Source: Lachnospiraceae bacterium
Lineage (GTDB): Bacteria; Bacillota; Clostridia; Lachnospirales; Lachnospiraceae
Direction of reading: 5' to 3'
Length of the DNA: 64,000 nt
Assembly: GCA_016288005.1 (NCBI GenBank)
Contig: JAEEXY010000007.1
Location: 7,444 to 71,443 of the forward strand
In this document: positions 7,458 through 19,177 of the stretch, in pieces
How positions within the stretch are numbered: position 1 is the stretch's first letter
Layout of the letters: every line of letters starts with the position of its first letter
Notes under the pieces: generated by a model
What the model was told of the DNA's origin: nothing
The model's database searches: none
Seen by the model: only the letters and a program-made list of their open reading frames with translations
Translations under genes and position numbers: made by a program

Positions 7458-8921
7458 ATGTCAGACATCCGGAAGGCCAACAATCTTTGCCGCAAGCTTT
7501 TTACCGTGATCACGCTGATCCTGCTCGCGGCATATACCCTGGAACTCGTTAAGGGCAGCAAGACATTACCCATATTCCTGCTCCTGATGGTTCTTGACCT
7601 CGGACCCATGATAGCGGCGCATATTCTCTATGCACGCAATCCCGACACAACTTTGATCAAGCATGTAGTCGGAATAGGATATGCCGTTTTCTATACGGTA
7701 AACTGTTTCGTGAGCCCCGAACAGATGGTATTTACCTATGCCTTCCCGATGCTGATGGTAGTTACGCTGTTCATCGACCTCGCATTTTCGAAGCTTGTTT
7801 CGATCGGAATTGCGGTGATCGCGATCATCCATGCATTTGTATTTACTTCAAGGGTCGGGTTTACCAATGAGTCGATGGCTGCTCTTGAGATAGAGATAGC
7901 GGCTACGGTTCTTGTAGTAACCTTTAACTATATGGCCAACGTCTTTATTGTCAAGATGACCGAAGAGAAGGTAAAGGCTGTTAATGAAGCGAGCACGAAA
8001 ACCGCCGCCATGCTCAAACAGATATCCGAGGTTTCGGACATGATGGCCGACGAGGTTGCGGTTGTTTCCGGCAAGATGGAACAGCTTTCAGCATCGAGCG
8101 CCGAGACCATGACTTCGATGAACGAGGTTCAGTCCGGTACTTTAGAGACCGCCAATTCGGTACAGACCCAGATGGTAAAGACCGAAGAGATACAGGCTCA
8201 GATTGAAAAGGTTGCCGAGGCTTCGAAGAATATCGGCATCAACGCGAAGGACACTGCCGACGCTATCAGCGAAGGCAGAGGCAATATCGAAAAGCTCATC
8301 AGCCAGGCAAAGCTTTCGGATGAAGCCGGAACCGGCGCGGTAAAGGAAGTTGAAGAACTCAAGAGTTCCACCGACCAGATGGAGACCATCGTTCAGATGA
8401 TCCAGAAGGTTGCTTCACAGACCAGTATGCTCGCGCTGAACGCTTCGATCGAGGCGGCGCGCGCAGGCGAAGCGGGACGCGGATTCGCGGTTGTTGCTTC
8501 ATCGATCTCGGATCTGGCATCACAGACCAAGTCCGCTACCGAGGAGATCAGCAATCTTATCTCCAATCTCACCAAGGAGATGGAGGATGTGGCTTCCGCC
8601 ATCCTTTCGCTGGTTGAGAGCAACAACGTTCAGAACGAGTCGGCTCAGCTGACCGCAGAGAGCTTCGAGAAGATCGCTCAGAACGCAGACCTGATAACTA
8701 CCGATTCGAGAGAGCTTTCGGCTACGGTATCGAATCTCGAATCAGCCAACAAGAAGATCGTTGACAGCATTCAGACCATATCCGCGATAACCGAGGAGGT
8801 TACCGCTCATTCCCAGACGACCACAGAGGCTACGGAACAGAATCAGATGATCGTCAAGGATGTTCAGGGCATCGTCAATGAGATGATGAAGAATGCAGAC
8901 AAGCTTAATGCACTGAAATGA
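7458..8921 (+). CDS. Methyl-accepting chemotaxis protein with multi-pass membrane N-terminus
   Basis: Signalling-domain core SMLALNASIEAARAGEAGRGFAVVASSISDLA and several N-terminal hydrophobic helices. ATG at 7458 follows AAGGAGG. Confidence 0.9.
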   Translation: MSDIRKANNLCRKLFTVITLILLAAYTLELVKGSKTLPIFLLLMVLDLGPMIAAHILYARNPDTTLIKHVVGIGYAVFYTVNCFVSPEQMVFTYAFPMLMVVTLFIDLAFSKLVSIGIAVIAIIHAFVFTSRVGFTNESMAALEIEIAATVLVVTFNYMANVFIVKMTEEKVKAVNEASTKTAAMLKQISEVSDMMADEVAVVSGKMEQLSASSAETMTSMNEVQSGTLETANSVQTQMVKTEEIQAQIEKVAEASKNIGINAKDTADAISEGRGNIEKLISQAKLSDEAGTGAVKEVEELKSSTDQMETIVQMIQKVASQTSMLALNASIEAARAGEAGRGFAVVASSISDLASQTKSATEEISNLISNLTKEMEDVASAILSLVESNNVQNESAQLTAESFEKIAQNADLITTDSRELSATVSNLESANKKIVDSIQTISAITEEVTAHSQTTTEATEQNQMIVKDVQGIVNEMMKNADKLNALK

Positions 8922-10048
8922 AAGAATTCATAAGATCCAAGAAAAATCTGTGGCTCCTGGCATGGCTGCCGGGAGCCGCAATGTATGTAACGGCGCGCTT
9001 TGTGCCGAATGCCGCGGAGTATGTGTTCGCGCGCGGCATATACAGGGTATATTCGAACGTTATGGCGTTCCTTACGGGACTCATACCGATATCATTGGCC
9101 GAACTGCTCGTGATCGCGGTTCCGGTCTTTTTTGCGGCACTGATCCCGGCCGCGGTCATACGCATGATCGTCAAAAAAACGGGAGTGGAGGGACTTAAGG
9201 TCTTAAGACTCGCGATCGTGCTGCTCGGCATTATCTTTTCCTGGTATATGCTCGGCTGCGGAACAAACTACTACAGATACGAGTTCTCGGCTTTTTCGGG
9301 ACTGAAGGTGCAGAAATCCACGGTCGATGAGCTCGAAGGGCTTTGCCTGGAGCTGGCGGAAAAGGCAACTGCGGCGCGCGAAAAGGCGGCGGCAAAAGCA
9401 GTGGAGAACGGCAGCATGACTGCGGAGGATGAGGTATACAACTCATATCTTTCGCAAAAGGAATTAAAGGAGGCGGCCCGTTCGGCGATGTACGCGCTCG
9501 CCGACAGGTACCCGGTCATGAAGGGGTATTTCCCGAAACCGAAAGCTGTTTTCTTTTCGAGGGTAATGTCCGAGTTCAACTTCACCGGAGTATATTTCCC
9601 CTGGACCGTTGAGGCCAATGTCAATGTCGATATACCCGACTATCCGCAGGCCGTGACGATGTGCCATGAGCTCAGCCATCTGCGCGGTTTCATGCGTGAG
9701 GACGAAGCGAATTTCATCGGCTATCTGGCATGCGCGGTATCGGGCGAACCCGATCTCGAGTATTCCGGATATATGCTGGCTCTGACCTACTCGGCAAATC
9801 AGCTGTATGCGGACTCTCCCGAGCGCTGGGGACATGTGCGTGCCCTGTATTCCGACGGGATGGTCGCGGATATGGTCAACAATTCAGAGTACTGGAAGCA
9901 GTTCGAGGACACCGTGGCGTCCGAGATCGGCGAGAGCATGAATAACGCCTATCTTAAGGCAAACAAGCAGACAGACGGGACTAAGAGCTACGGACGAATG
10001 GTGGATCTGCTGCTGGCCGAACGGCGTGCAAATAACGGCGGGAATTGA
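8918..10048 (+). CDS. DUF3810-like membrane-associated putative zinc metallopeptidase
   Basis: HELSHLRGFMREDEANFIG motif and an N-terminal TM region. The start overlaps the MCP stop (ATGA). Confidence 0.7.
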   Translation: MKEFIRSKKNLWLLAWLPGAAMYVTARFVPNAAEYVFARGIYRVYSNVMAFLTGLIPISLAELLVIAVPVFFAALIPAAVIRMIVKKTGVEGLKVLRLAIVLLGIIFSWYMLGCGTNYYRYEFSAFSGLKVQKSTVDELEGLCLELAEKATAAREKAAAKAVENGSMTAEDEVYNSYLSQKELKEAARSAMYALADRYPVMKGYFPKPKAVFFSRVMSEFNFTGVYFPWTVEANVNVDIPDYPQAVTMCHELSHLRGFMREDEANFIGYLACAVSGEPDLEYSGYMLALTYSANQLYADSPERWGHVRALYSDGMVADMVNNSEYWKQFEDTVASEIGESMNNAYLKANKQTDGTKSYGRMVDLLLAERRANNGGN

Positions 10049-10103
10049 CAAAAGTGCCCGGTGACCTTATAATTGTTACAAATTTGTTACAAAGGGGTCC
10101 GGC

Positions 10104-10787
10104 ATGTTGTTTGAAAGAATAGTTAAAAATGCGGTCTGCGCCCTTTTGGGCGCGGCCTTTTTTATTGCGGCCGCAGGCGGTACCGTAAAGGTAAGTGCCG
10201 CGTCTCCGGCTCTCGGCTCGCTCGATATCGGGGCTTTTTCGGAGGCGGATAAGGAAACCGCGATCGAGAATCTCGGATTTGACCTGCCCGAGGAGGAGTA
10301 TCTGGCGGGATACAAGGATTCCGCGTGGAAAAAGAATTTCTCCAAGGCGGAGCTGCGTCTGATGTCCGCTATTATCTATGCCGAAGCCAACGGCATGGGT
10401 TTCGATGCCAAGGTCGCGGTCGGAAATGTCGTGCTCAACCGCATGAACGATCAGGACAAATACGGCTATGTCTCCACGATCGAGGAGGTTATCTACGATC
10501 ACAAATGGGGCTATCAGTTCAGCCCCGTAAAGGACGGATCGCTGGCAAAGGCACTCAAGCTTTACGACAGCATGGATCCGGACAAATACAAGGACTGGCA
10601 GATCACTGCGATGACGGCCTGCAAGGAGGCGGCAAAGGCCGCGCTTTCGGGATGGAAGACGGTACCTGACGATTTCAAGTATTTTAACTCGCATCTGACC
10701 ACGCAGAGCAAGACCTGCATGGAGAACGGATGGAGTTTTGTGATCATCGAAAAGCATATTTACTATTCGAAGGATACGGAGGACTGA
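10104..10787 (+). CDS. SleB/CwlJ-family cell wall hydrolase (secreted)
   Basis: Signal peptide plus LMSAIIYAEANGMGFDAKVAVGNVVLNRMND...YQFSPVKDG, the hallmark of the Hydrolase_2 family. Confidence 0.85.
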   Translation: MLFERIVKNAVCALLGAAFFIAAAGGTVKVSAASPALGSLDIGAFSEADKETAIENLGFDLPEEEYLAGYKDSAWKKNFSKAELRLMSAIIYAEANGMGFDAKVAVGNVVLNRMNDQDKYGYVSTIEEVIYDHKWGYQFSPVKDGSLAKALKLYDSMDPDKYKDWQITAMTACKEAAKAALSGWKTVPDDFKYFNSHLTTQSKTCMENGWSFVIIEKHIYYSKDTED

Positions 10788-11458
10788 TGCATTTACGCGG
10801 CGAAAAGAGATCATTGTCAAAGGGCATTCGTGGGGCGGCGGCTGTTATAATGCTGGCGCTCGGTCTTACCGCGTCTTTTGCGGCGCGTCCGGCTAAGGCG
10901 GCTCCTCTGTCTTTAAGCTCGCTTTCGGGGCTGACTGCGGGAGAGGAACAGACCGCTTTCTCGAACGAAAAATGGTCGGACAACTATTCGGAGGAAGACT
11001 TAAAATACCTGTCCTGCGTTATCTACTGCGAGACCGAGCCGCTCGGATACGAGGCGAGGGTCGCGCTCGGAAATATCGTAATTAACCGCATGAACAGCAC
11101 GACCGACTGGGGTCATGTCAACACGATCAAAGACGTGATCTATGACACTAAATGGTGCAGGCAGTTCGACTGCACGGCACCCAAGAAAAAGCTCTCCGGC
11201 GACTCGATGATGGACAGGGCGTTCCTGATCTATGAGACCGTGCAGGCCGGTGAGGAGGGCAGCTATCAGCCCTGGCAGATCAACGGCATGACCGGGTGCA
11301 TTGAGGCGGCGAAGGATGTGATGTGCGGCAAAAAGGCCGTTCCCGACAGCTTTGTCTACTGCCGCGGCGAAAAGTATTTTGCGGTCGACATCGCTTCCTG
11401 CAGGGAAACAGGACGCAGATATCTCATCATCGAAAAGCATATTTACTATGAGAATTAA
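10787..11458 (+). CDS. SleB/CwlJ-family cell wall hydrolase paralog (secreted)
   Basis: LSCVIYCETEPLGYEARVALGNIVINRMNS... I prefer the ATG at 10787, which overlaps the upstream TGA (TGATG), because it is followed by a signal-peptide-like segment. Confidence 0.8.
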   Translation: MHLRGEKRSLSKGIRGAAAVIMLALGLTASFAARPAKAAPLSLSSLSGLTAGEEQTAFSNEKWSDNYSEEDLKYLSCVIYCETEPLGYEARVALGNIVINRMNSTTDWGHVNTIKDVIYDTKWCRQFDCTAPKKKLSGDSMMDRAFLIYETVQAGEEGSYQPWQINGMTGCIEAAKDVMCGKKAVPDSFVYCRGEKYFAVDIASCRETGRRYLIIEKHIYYEN

Positions 11459-11462
11459 ATTA

Positions 11463-11490
11463 GGGACGGCTTGTATGCCGTCCCCTTTTG
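11463..11490 (+). terminator. Intrinsic terminator
   Basis: GGGACGGC / GCCGTCCC stem (11463-11470 / 11477-11484) followed by CTTTT. Confidence 0.7.
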
Positions 11491-11565
11491 TGCTATCATC
11501 TAATATGTGCCGGAACGTGTATTCGGTTATGTCTCAGGCACAGAATCGTGAAAAGGGGTATGCAA

Positions 11566-12414
11566 ATGGACAATAAATTACTGGCCGGACTGGAGTCCAT
11601 GGGTCTCGGAAAGATGGCGGATCTGGATCTGTACGGCGATACAAAAGAAGAGAAAAAGCCCGAGGCGCAGAAAAACGAGCCCGTTCAGATCAACGAAGCG
11701 GATTTCCTGCTCGCAAAGACCATGAAGTGTCCCGTATGCGACACCGAGTTTAAGTGCAAGACCATCAAGACCGCCAAGATGCCCAAGCTGATCGCGAGAG
11801 ATCCCGATCTTCGCTGCATTTACGCGGATGTTGACGTTTACAAATACGGAGTCGTATCATGCCCGATCTGCGGTTATGCATCGATGATGAAGACCTTCGG
11901 CCCCATGCCTTCGGGTCAGGTTAAGCTCATCAGGGAGCAGATATCGGCCAACTTCACCGGACTCGGTGAAGAGCCTGAAATATACAGCTACGACGACGCC
12001 ATCGCCAGATATAAGCTTGCCCTCGTCAATACCGTGGTCAAGCGCGCAAAGGTCAGCGAGCGCGCCTATGTCTGCCTGCATATCGCATGGCTGCTCAGGG
12101 GCAAGAGACAGAACCTTCCCGCGGACACGCCCAATAAGGCTGTCGAGGAGCAGAACCTGCTCGCCGAGGAAAAAGACTGCCTCGCAAAGGCAAGAGACGG
12201 CCTGATGGACGCATTCTCAAAGGAGAGCTTCCCTATGTGCGGCATGGATGAGTCGACAACCACTTACCTGATCGCAGCGCTCTGCGGAAAGACCGGTCAG
12301 AAGGAAGAGGCGCTCAGATGGGCGTCCAAGATACTTGCCAATACCACGACAAATAACAGGATCAAGGACCTCGCGAGAAATCTCAAAGAGCTCATTGTAA
12401 ACGGAGAGATCTGA
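11566..12414 (+). CDS. DUF2225-like zinc-ribbon/TPR-like protein
   Basis: KCPVCDTEF...VVSCPICGYA zinc-ribbon pair followed by a helical domain. ATG at 11566 (or 11560) follows GGGG; the 11488 track start is unlikely. Confidence 0.65.
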   Translation: MDNKLLAGLESMGLGKMADLDLYGDTKEEKKPEAQKNEPVQINEADFLLAKTMKCPVCDTEFKCKTIKTAKMPKLIARDPDLRCIYADVDVYKYGVVSCPICGYASMMKTFGPMPSGQVKLIREQISANFTGLGEEPEIYSYDDAIARYKLALVNTVVKRAKVSERAYVCLHIAWLLRGKRQNLPADTPNKAVEEQNLLAEEKDCLAKARDGLMDAFSKESFPMCGMDESTTTYLIAALCGKTGQKEEALRWASKILANTTTNNRIKDLARNLKELIVNGEI

Positions 12415-13133
12415 TGGACGAACAATTATATGCTATCCCGGTAAACGACGCGTTCGATTCCGAATGCGAGTGCCCCGTATGCGTGATGTACAGGCAGCTC
12501 GAGAGGAATGCCGTTGAGTTCACGATGGGTCCCTCATACATGGAGGACGATGTCCGCATGGAGACCAATAAGGTCGGTTTCTGTCCAGATCATGTCAAGA
12601 TGATGTACGAGATGCAGAACCGCCTCGGACTGGCGCTCATGCTGCACACCCACACACAGACCATGATCGCCGAGACCGAGAAGCTTCAGAAAAAGGGCAG
12701 GACGTCTGCCGGAGGACTCTTCAGAAAGTCCGAGGAATCGGCCGTCGGAGCCTATATGCGTAAGCTCGGCCACAGCTGCTATATCTGCAGCCGCATCGAC
12801 GGGACCTTTGACAGATACATCGATACGATCTTTTATTTATACCGCAAGGAGGAGAGCTTCAGGCGCAAGTTTGAGAACAGCAAGGGTTTCTGCTGCGAGC
12901 ATTACGGCATGCTCTACGAGGCTGCTCCGAGATATCTTTCGGGACGTGACCTTGAGGCGTTCACAAAGCTTATAGACAGACTTTTCATAGAAAACATGAA
13001 GCGCGTCTGCGACGATATCGAGTGGTATACAGACAAATTCGACTACCGCAATGTCGACGCGCCCTGGAAGAATTCCAAGGACGCCGTGATCAGGACCATA
13101 CTCAAGCTTGACTCGGCGGAAGTAAAACTCTGA
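12414..13133 (+). CDS. Cysteine-rich hypothetical protein (possibly DUF6062 family)
   Basis: Motifs CECPVC, FCPDH, CYICSRIDG and FCCEH suggest metal binding. The start overlaps the upstream stop (TGATG). The family name is from memory only. Confidence 0.5.
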   Translation: MDEQLYAIPVNDAFDSECECPVCVMYRQLERNAVEFTMGPSYMEDDVRMETNKVGFCPDHVKMMYEMQNRLGLALMLHTHTQTMIAETEKLQKKGRTSAGGLFRKSEESAVGAYMRKLGHSCYICSRIDGTFDRYIDTIFYLYRKEESFRRKFENSKGFCCEHYGMLYEAAPRYLSGRDLEAFTKLIDRLFIENMKRVCDDIEWYTDKFDYRNVDAPWKNSKDAVIRTILKLDSAEVKL

Positions 13134-13137
13134 TACG

Positions 13138-13176
13138 TACCCTGCACCGGTGCTGCCGGAAGCAGGGTATCTTTTT
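13138..13176 (+). terminator. Intrinsic terminator
   Basis: TACCCTGC / GCAGGGTA outer stem with an inner CCGG/CCGG stem, then TCTTTTT. Confidence 0.7.
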
Positions 13177-13199
13177 ATTTATATTTTATATTTTTAGTC

Positions 13200-13227
13200 T
13201 TGTTTTTTCCGCGAGAGTCTGTATAAT
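13200..13227 (+). promoter_or_regulatory. groESL promoter
   Basis: TTGTTT (13200-13205), 16 nt, TATAAT (13222-13227), immediately upstream of CIRCE. Confidence 0.5.
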
Positions 13228-13239
13228 GAGTTTTGGTAG

Positions 13240-13266
13240 TTAGCACTCGAAGCGATAGATTGCTAA
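13240..13266 (+). promoter_or_regulatory. CIRCE operator (HrcA binding site)
   Basis: TTAGCACTC-N9-GATTGCTAA has one mismatch to the consensus TTAGCACTC-N9-GAGTGCTAA. It sits between the promoter and groES. Confidence 0.9.
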
Positions 13267-13324
13267 CAATCTAAAGAGCCGGCGCAATAACGGAGCCGGA
13301 TAATAAAACACGGAGGCGATAGTT

Positions 13325-15309
<1,985 letters not shown>

Positions 15310-15325
15310 GGAATAGAATTCGTAT

Positions 15326-15358
15326 AAAAAACCGGAGGCAAAATGCCTCCGGTTTTTT
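15326..15358. terminator. Bidirectional intrinsic terminator (groEL, and probably the convergent GH31 operon)
   Basis: AAAAAA-CCGGAGGCA-aaa-TGCCTCCGG-TTTTTT. Confidence 0.8.
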
Positions 15359-15513
15359 GAATTCTAACCTTGCATTTGTTTTGAAAAAGCAGCGATGGTC
15401 CAACGCGCTTTTTCAAAATGCAAGGCAGCGCGAGCTGTTCCTGGTCTTGCCGAGGTGTTGTCGAGGCAAGACTACCTTAAGTAAGCGGAGCGATCCGTTA
15501 TTTTTCTACTAAC

Positions 15514-17544
15514 CTAAAATACCTCCGCCCCGTCCCTCACAAAGAACACGGGCAGATCTCTTATTCCGCAGCGGATCTTCACCGTCGCACCGCCCTCGTA
15601 CACTGCGGCGGAATCTGTATTATCCCGCAGTTCACTTCCGAGCCTCCACTTCCCTTCGGGCAGCGTCACTTCAACTTCATCCGCACCCTCATCGAATATC
15701 GGGCAGGTAAGGATATCGTCTCCGAAGAAAAACGCGTCGCTTTCAGGATCGTAATCCGGATCTTTTAAAAATACGGGATAGATCACCGGATCGTATGTTT
15801 TTACGGAACGCTCCATCTGCGTGTAAAGATACGGGATCAGGGCCTCCCTGAGATCAAAGAGCCGTTTTACCGTATCGATCTCATCAGGGTAGAGCCAGGG
15901 CATGTTCGAACTGCCGTCGGGATTCCAGGAATGCAGCACAAATCTCGGGGTAAATATACCGTACTGTATCCAGCGGAGGAACAGCTCCTTTGACGGCGAA
16001 GGCCCTGCAAAACCGCCGATATCCTGACCGAAATTGTATATGCCGCTCAGGCTCATCGTCATTGCCATCTTGTGATTGTATCGAAAATCCTTAAACGAGG
16101 TCCTGTTATCGCCGGTCCAGGTGGACGCGATACGGGGAGTACCCGTCATGCCGCATCTGGTGACCGCAGTTTTGTTCGCAATGCCTTTCCCGGCTTCGAT
16201 GCTGGCTCTGGTCATGAGAAACGAGAACAGCGGCCTGATGAGCTTTGCGCGGATGGGTGTCCCGAAACCGTCCGCCATGACGGATTCGTCCGTGACATCG
16301 TATTCGTTGTTGTCGTTCCAGGTGCTGTAATAGCCTTTGTCAACAAGAGCGCTCCTGACACAATCGGTCCAGAACGAGGCGGCATCCCGGTTCGTGAAAT
16401 CGAGATAGCTGCCCATGCCGCCCCAGAAAGGGAATCTGGCGGGGGTTCCGTCGGCATTTTTCAGGAACCAGCCTTTTTCGGCGATCGTCTTATACATGGG
16501 ATGATCATCGAGAAAGCAGGGCTTGATATTCGGCAGGAGTTCAACACCGTGCTCCCTGTACAGCGCGCTGAGACTCTCCGAAGAGGGGATCTTGTCCGTG
16601 TTCCAGTGGAAAACGTAGCGCTTTTCGCCGATCTGGGTATAGCCGCTCGACATATAGAAACCGCCGGGTGAGATACCGTATTTGTCACAGAGCGTAAGGA
16701 ACCCCTCGAGCCGCTCGCCCGCGTTGTCCGCATCGGTGTAGGCCATCGTGCTGCCGCAGTACTTGAGCGACCACTTCGGAGGCAGGAAGGTTCCGCCCGT
16801 AAGCCGTGAAAAAGCGTTGAGGATCCCGGGCACGTCACCGTAGAAAACATAGTAGACCAGATAATCGTCCTCACACCTGAAGGACTTGAAATCAGGGTAA
16901 TAATTGTCGTATTCCCTGCCCAGGTCAAAGACGCCGTCGGCATAGGTGTCGTAATAAATACCGTACGCGCCCGCGGTATTCCTGCAGATATAGAAAGGCA
17001 CATGTTTGTAGAGCGGATCGGTGGCCGAAGCGTCAAAACCCATGGCGTCGGAGGTTCCGAGCCTGAAGGTGCGTCCGCTCTTGTTTACGTCGCCGCTTTT
17101 GTCACCGAGTCCGAAAATGTACTCGCCTTCCTCACGGGAGAGGTAATGGCATGCGCCGCGGCCAAGCTCGCCGTCCAGATTGTAAGCCATGTATTTCCTG
17201 TCCCTGAACAGCGGCTTTTCTCCGCAAAAATGCGAGATCAGGAAATTCGTTTTCTCGAGTACGAGCCTTTGACTGCCGAAAGAAAACGTGCAGGTATCCG
17301 CGTCTTCGGAAACAGCGGGTGTTGCGCAGTTCAGACCGGATACCGAGAGCTTTTCGCGTCCCTCGTTAGGCATATCGCCGTCGGGGCATACCGAGAAAGT
17401 ATTGAACAGACGCGAACCGTCCTTATAGATCGCGACGCGCAGCATACCGGTAAAAAAATCAAGCCGGGCGTTTATATCAGCCTCTTTAAAGCAATATGCG
17501 GATCCCTCGCCGGAGATCAGCTTAAATCGATGATCGTATTTCAT
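15514..17544 (-). CDS. Glycoside hydrolase family 31 (alpha-glucosidase/xylosidase-like)
   Basis: 676 aa with a GH31-type nucleophile region YSTWNDNNEYD and a conserved downstream WTGDN segment. Substrate is unknown. Confidence 0.8.
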   Translation of the reverse strand: MKYDHRFKLISGEGSAYCFKEADINARLDFFTGMLRVAIYKDGSRLFNTFSVCPDGDMPNEGREKLSVSGLNCATPAVSEDADTCTFSFGSQRLVLEKTNFLISHFCGEKPLFRDRKYMAYNLDGELGRGACHYLSREEGEYIFGLGDKSGDVNKSGRTFRLGTSDAMGFDASATDPLYKHVPFYICRNTAGAYGIYYDTYADGVFDLGREYDNYYPDFKSFRCEDDYLVYYVFYGDVPGILNAFSRLTGGTFLPPKWSLKYCGSTMAYTDADNAGERLEGFLTLCDKYGISPGGFYMSSGYTQIGEKRYVFHWNTDKIPSSESLSALYREHGVELLPNIKPCFLDDHPMYKTIAEKGWFLKNADGTPARFPFWGGMGSYLDFTNRDAASFWTDCVRSALVDKGYYSTWNDNNEYDVTDESVMADGFGTPIRAKLIRPLFSFLMTRASIEAGKGIANKTAVTRCGMTGTPRIASTWTGDNRTSFKDFRYNHKMAMTMSLSGIYNFGQDIGGFAGPSPSKELFLRWIQYGIFTPRFVLHSWNPDGSSNMPWLYPDEIDTVKRLFDLREALIPYLYTQMERSVKTYDPVIYPVFLKDPDYDPESDAFFFGDDILTCPIFDEGADEVEVTLPEGKWRLGSELRDNTDSAAVYEGGATVKIRCGIRDLPVFFVRDGAEVF

Positions 17545-18992
17545 TTTGCCTCCGCTTTTAAGAATTCTTCTTTAGCATTCTGAAGTTCGGCAACCTTCTC
17601 CTTTGAGAGAGGGTACCATACAAAGAGGAACAGCGCCATGAGCGCAAACATGGCCGCGGGTATCAGTGTGGCCAGAACATACATGAGATCAAGCTGTGAA
17701 GCCTTGAACGTGAAATCGAGCGTGCTGGCGGTATCGTAATAGCCCATGGCCAGCAGCGCGGCATTAACGGCGATCGCGGAGATCACCTGACCGAGCTTGC
17801 GGAAGAAATTGAGGAAGGCATAAGCCGTTCCGTTATCTCTGCTGCCGGTGCTGACCTCAATCTCGTCGATCGCGTCTCCGGCCATCGCCCAGAGCTGGAG
17901 CACGAAGAAATTAAGTCCGAAGCCCGAGATCAGGCAGAGCGCCATAAAGGGCATGATCGCCGCCGACGGTTCGAGGAATCTGAGGAAGAACATAAGGAGG
18001 TTTGCCGCAGCGGCGACGGCCATTCCGACCGAGGTGATCTCTTTTTTGCCGAAACGTCTGGCAAGCTTCGGGGTAAAGAGCATGAGTACCGCCATGGGAA
18101 TGTAGGTCAGTATGGTCGGCAGCGAAACAAATATGCCGCCTTTTCCGAAGTAGTATCTGATCAGGTAAACATAATAGCTCTGGGTGAACATCTGGCCCGC
18201 GAGCAGCAGCATCGCAACGACCGAGATCGAGAGCATCGCCTTATTCTTAAAGATGAGCGCGAGAGCCTTTTTGGCGGCGCCTTTTTCATGCTTCTTCGGT
18301 TCGGTCTTTACCCTTTCCTTCGTTCCGATAAAAGCGAAGAACAGAGCGACCATCGAAAGCACCGACATTACGATGACGCCGGTGAGGAGAACATCGTATT
18401 TTACGATCGATTTGCCCGTTGCTTTATCGGTGGCAAAGCAGAGCATCGAGAGCACCATGACGGGCATGCTGCCCAGAGCCGATCCCACGGCCCTGAATAC
18501 AGAGAGTTTTGAGCGCTCCTTATCATCCTGGGTGATGACCGTGGCGAGCGATCCGTAGGGGATCTGCAGCATGGTGTAGATCATGCCCCAGACAACATAA
18601 GTGACGGTGGCGTAGATATATGCCGGCAGATTGTCGCCTGGAGTGCCGAAGCCTTTGAACTTGCAGAAAAGCAGAACCGATGCGACGGCGAGCGGGACTG
18701 CCACGCGGATGAACCAGACGCGGTACCTGCCGTGCTTTGAAACGCGCGCTGTATCGCATATCCTGCCCATGATCGGGTCGTTGACCGCATCCCAGACTCT
18801 GGTGAGTACGAACATTACCATGATAAAGAACGGGCTCAGGATCAGCACATCGGTATAATAGGTCTGGAGTATCGAGGTGACCAGTCCGAATACCAGGCAG
18901 CCGCCGGCGTCTCCGAGCGCGTAGCATACGTACTCGGGCGTTTTAAGACCGCTGGCCCGCGCGATCATGCTTTTTTCTTCATTTTGTCCCAT
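17541..18992 (-). CDS. Glycoside-pentoside-hexuronide (GPH):cation symporter, MFS-type
   Basis: 12-TM-like profile and the GPH signature region TRVWDAVNDPIMGRICD. Its stop overlaps the GH31 start. Confidence 0.85.
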   Translation of the reverse strand: MGQNEEKSMIARASGLKTPEYVCYALGDAGGCLVFGLVTSILQTYYTDVLILSPFFIMVMFVLTRVWDAVNDPIMGRICDTARVSKHGRYRVWFIRVAVPLAVASVLLFCKFKGFGTPGDNLPAYIYATVTYVVWGMIYTMLQIPYGSLATVITQDDKERSKLSVFRAVGSALGSMPVMVLSMLCFATDKATGKSIVKYDVLLTGVIVMSVLSMVALFFAFIGTKERVKTEPKKHEKGAAKKALALIFKNKAMLSISVVAMLLLAGQMFTQSYYVYLIRYYFGKGGIFVSLPTILTYIPMAVLMLFTPKLARRFGKKEITSVGMAVAAAANLLMFFLRFLEPSAAIMPFMALCLISGFGLNFFVLQLWAMAGDAIDEIEVSTGSRDNGTAYAFLNFFRKLGQVISAIAVNAALLAMGYYDTASTLDFTFKASQLDLMYVLATLIPAAMFALMALFLFVWYPLSKEKVAELQNAKEEFLKAEAK

Positions 18993-19110
18993 AAGTGATA
19001 ACCTCCCGCCGAAGCGAATATGATAAAATACCTTATAGGACCATTATACCGCTTTGGCGCGCCGTTTGAAACGCAAATATGAATTAAACGTGAATTCTGC
19101 GGTTGGGGCA

Positions 19111-19140
19111 TTTACAAAGCATGTAGAAAAGCGGTATAAT
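19111..19140 (+). promoter_or_regulatory. Sigma-A-type promoter
   Basis: TTTACA (19111-19116), 18 nt, TATAAT (19135-19140). Confidence 0.5.
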
Positions 19141-19177
19141 TTTTTAATGGAATATAAAAGAATTAAGGAGAGAAGGA

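Noticed and set aside
15514-18992. GH31 + GPH transporter pair as a sulfoquinovose (YihQ/YihO-like) utilisation module.
   Set aside because: The nucleophile region reads WNDNNEY, which is alpha-glucosidase-like, rather than the YihQ-type context I recall. No sulfoglycolysis genes are nearby. I cannot verify the sulfonate-binding residues without an alignment.
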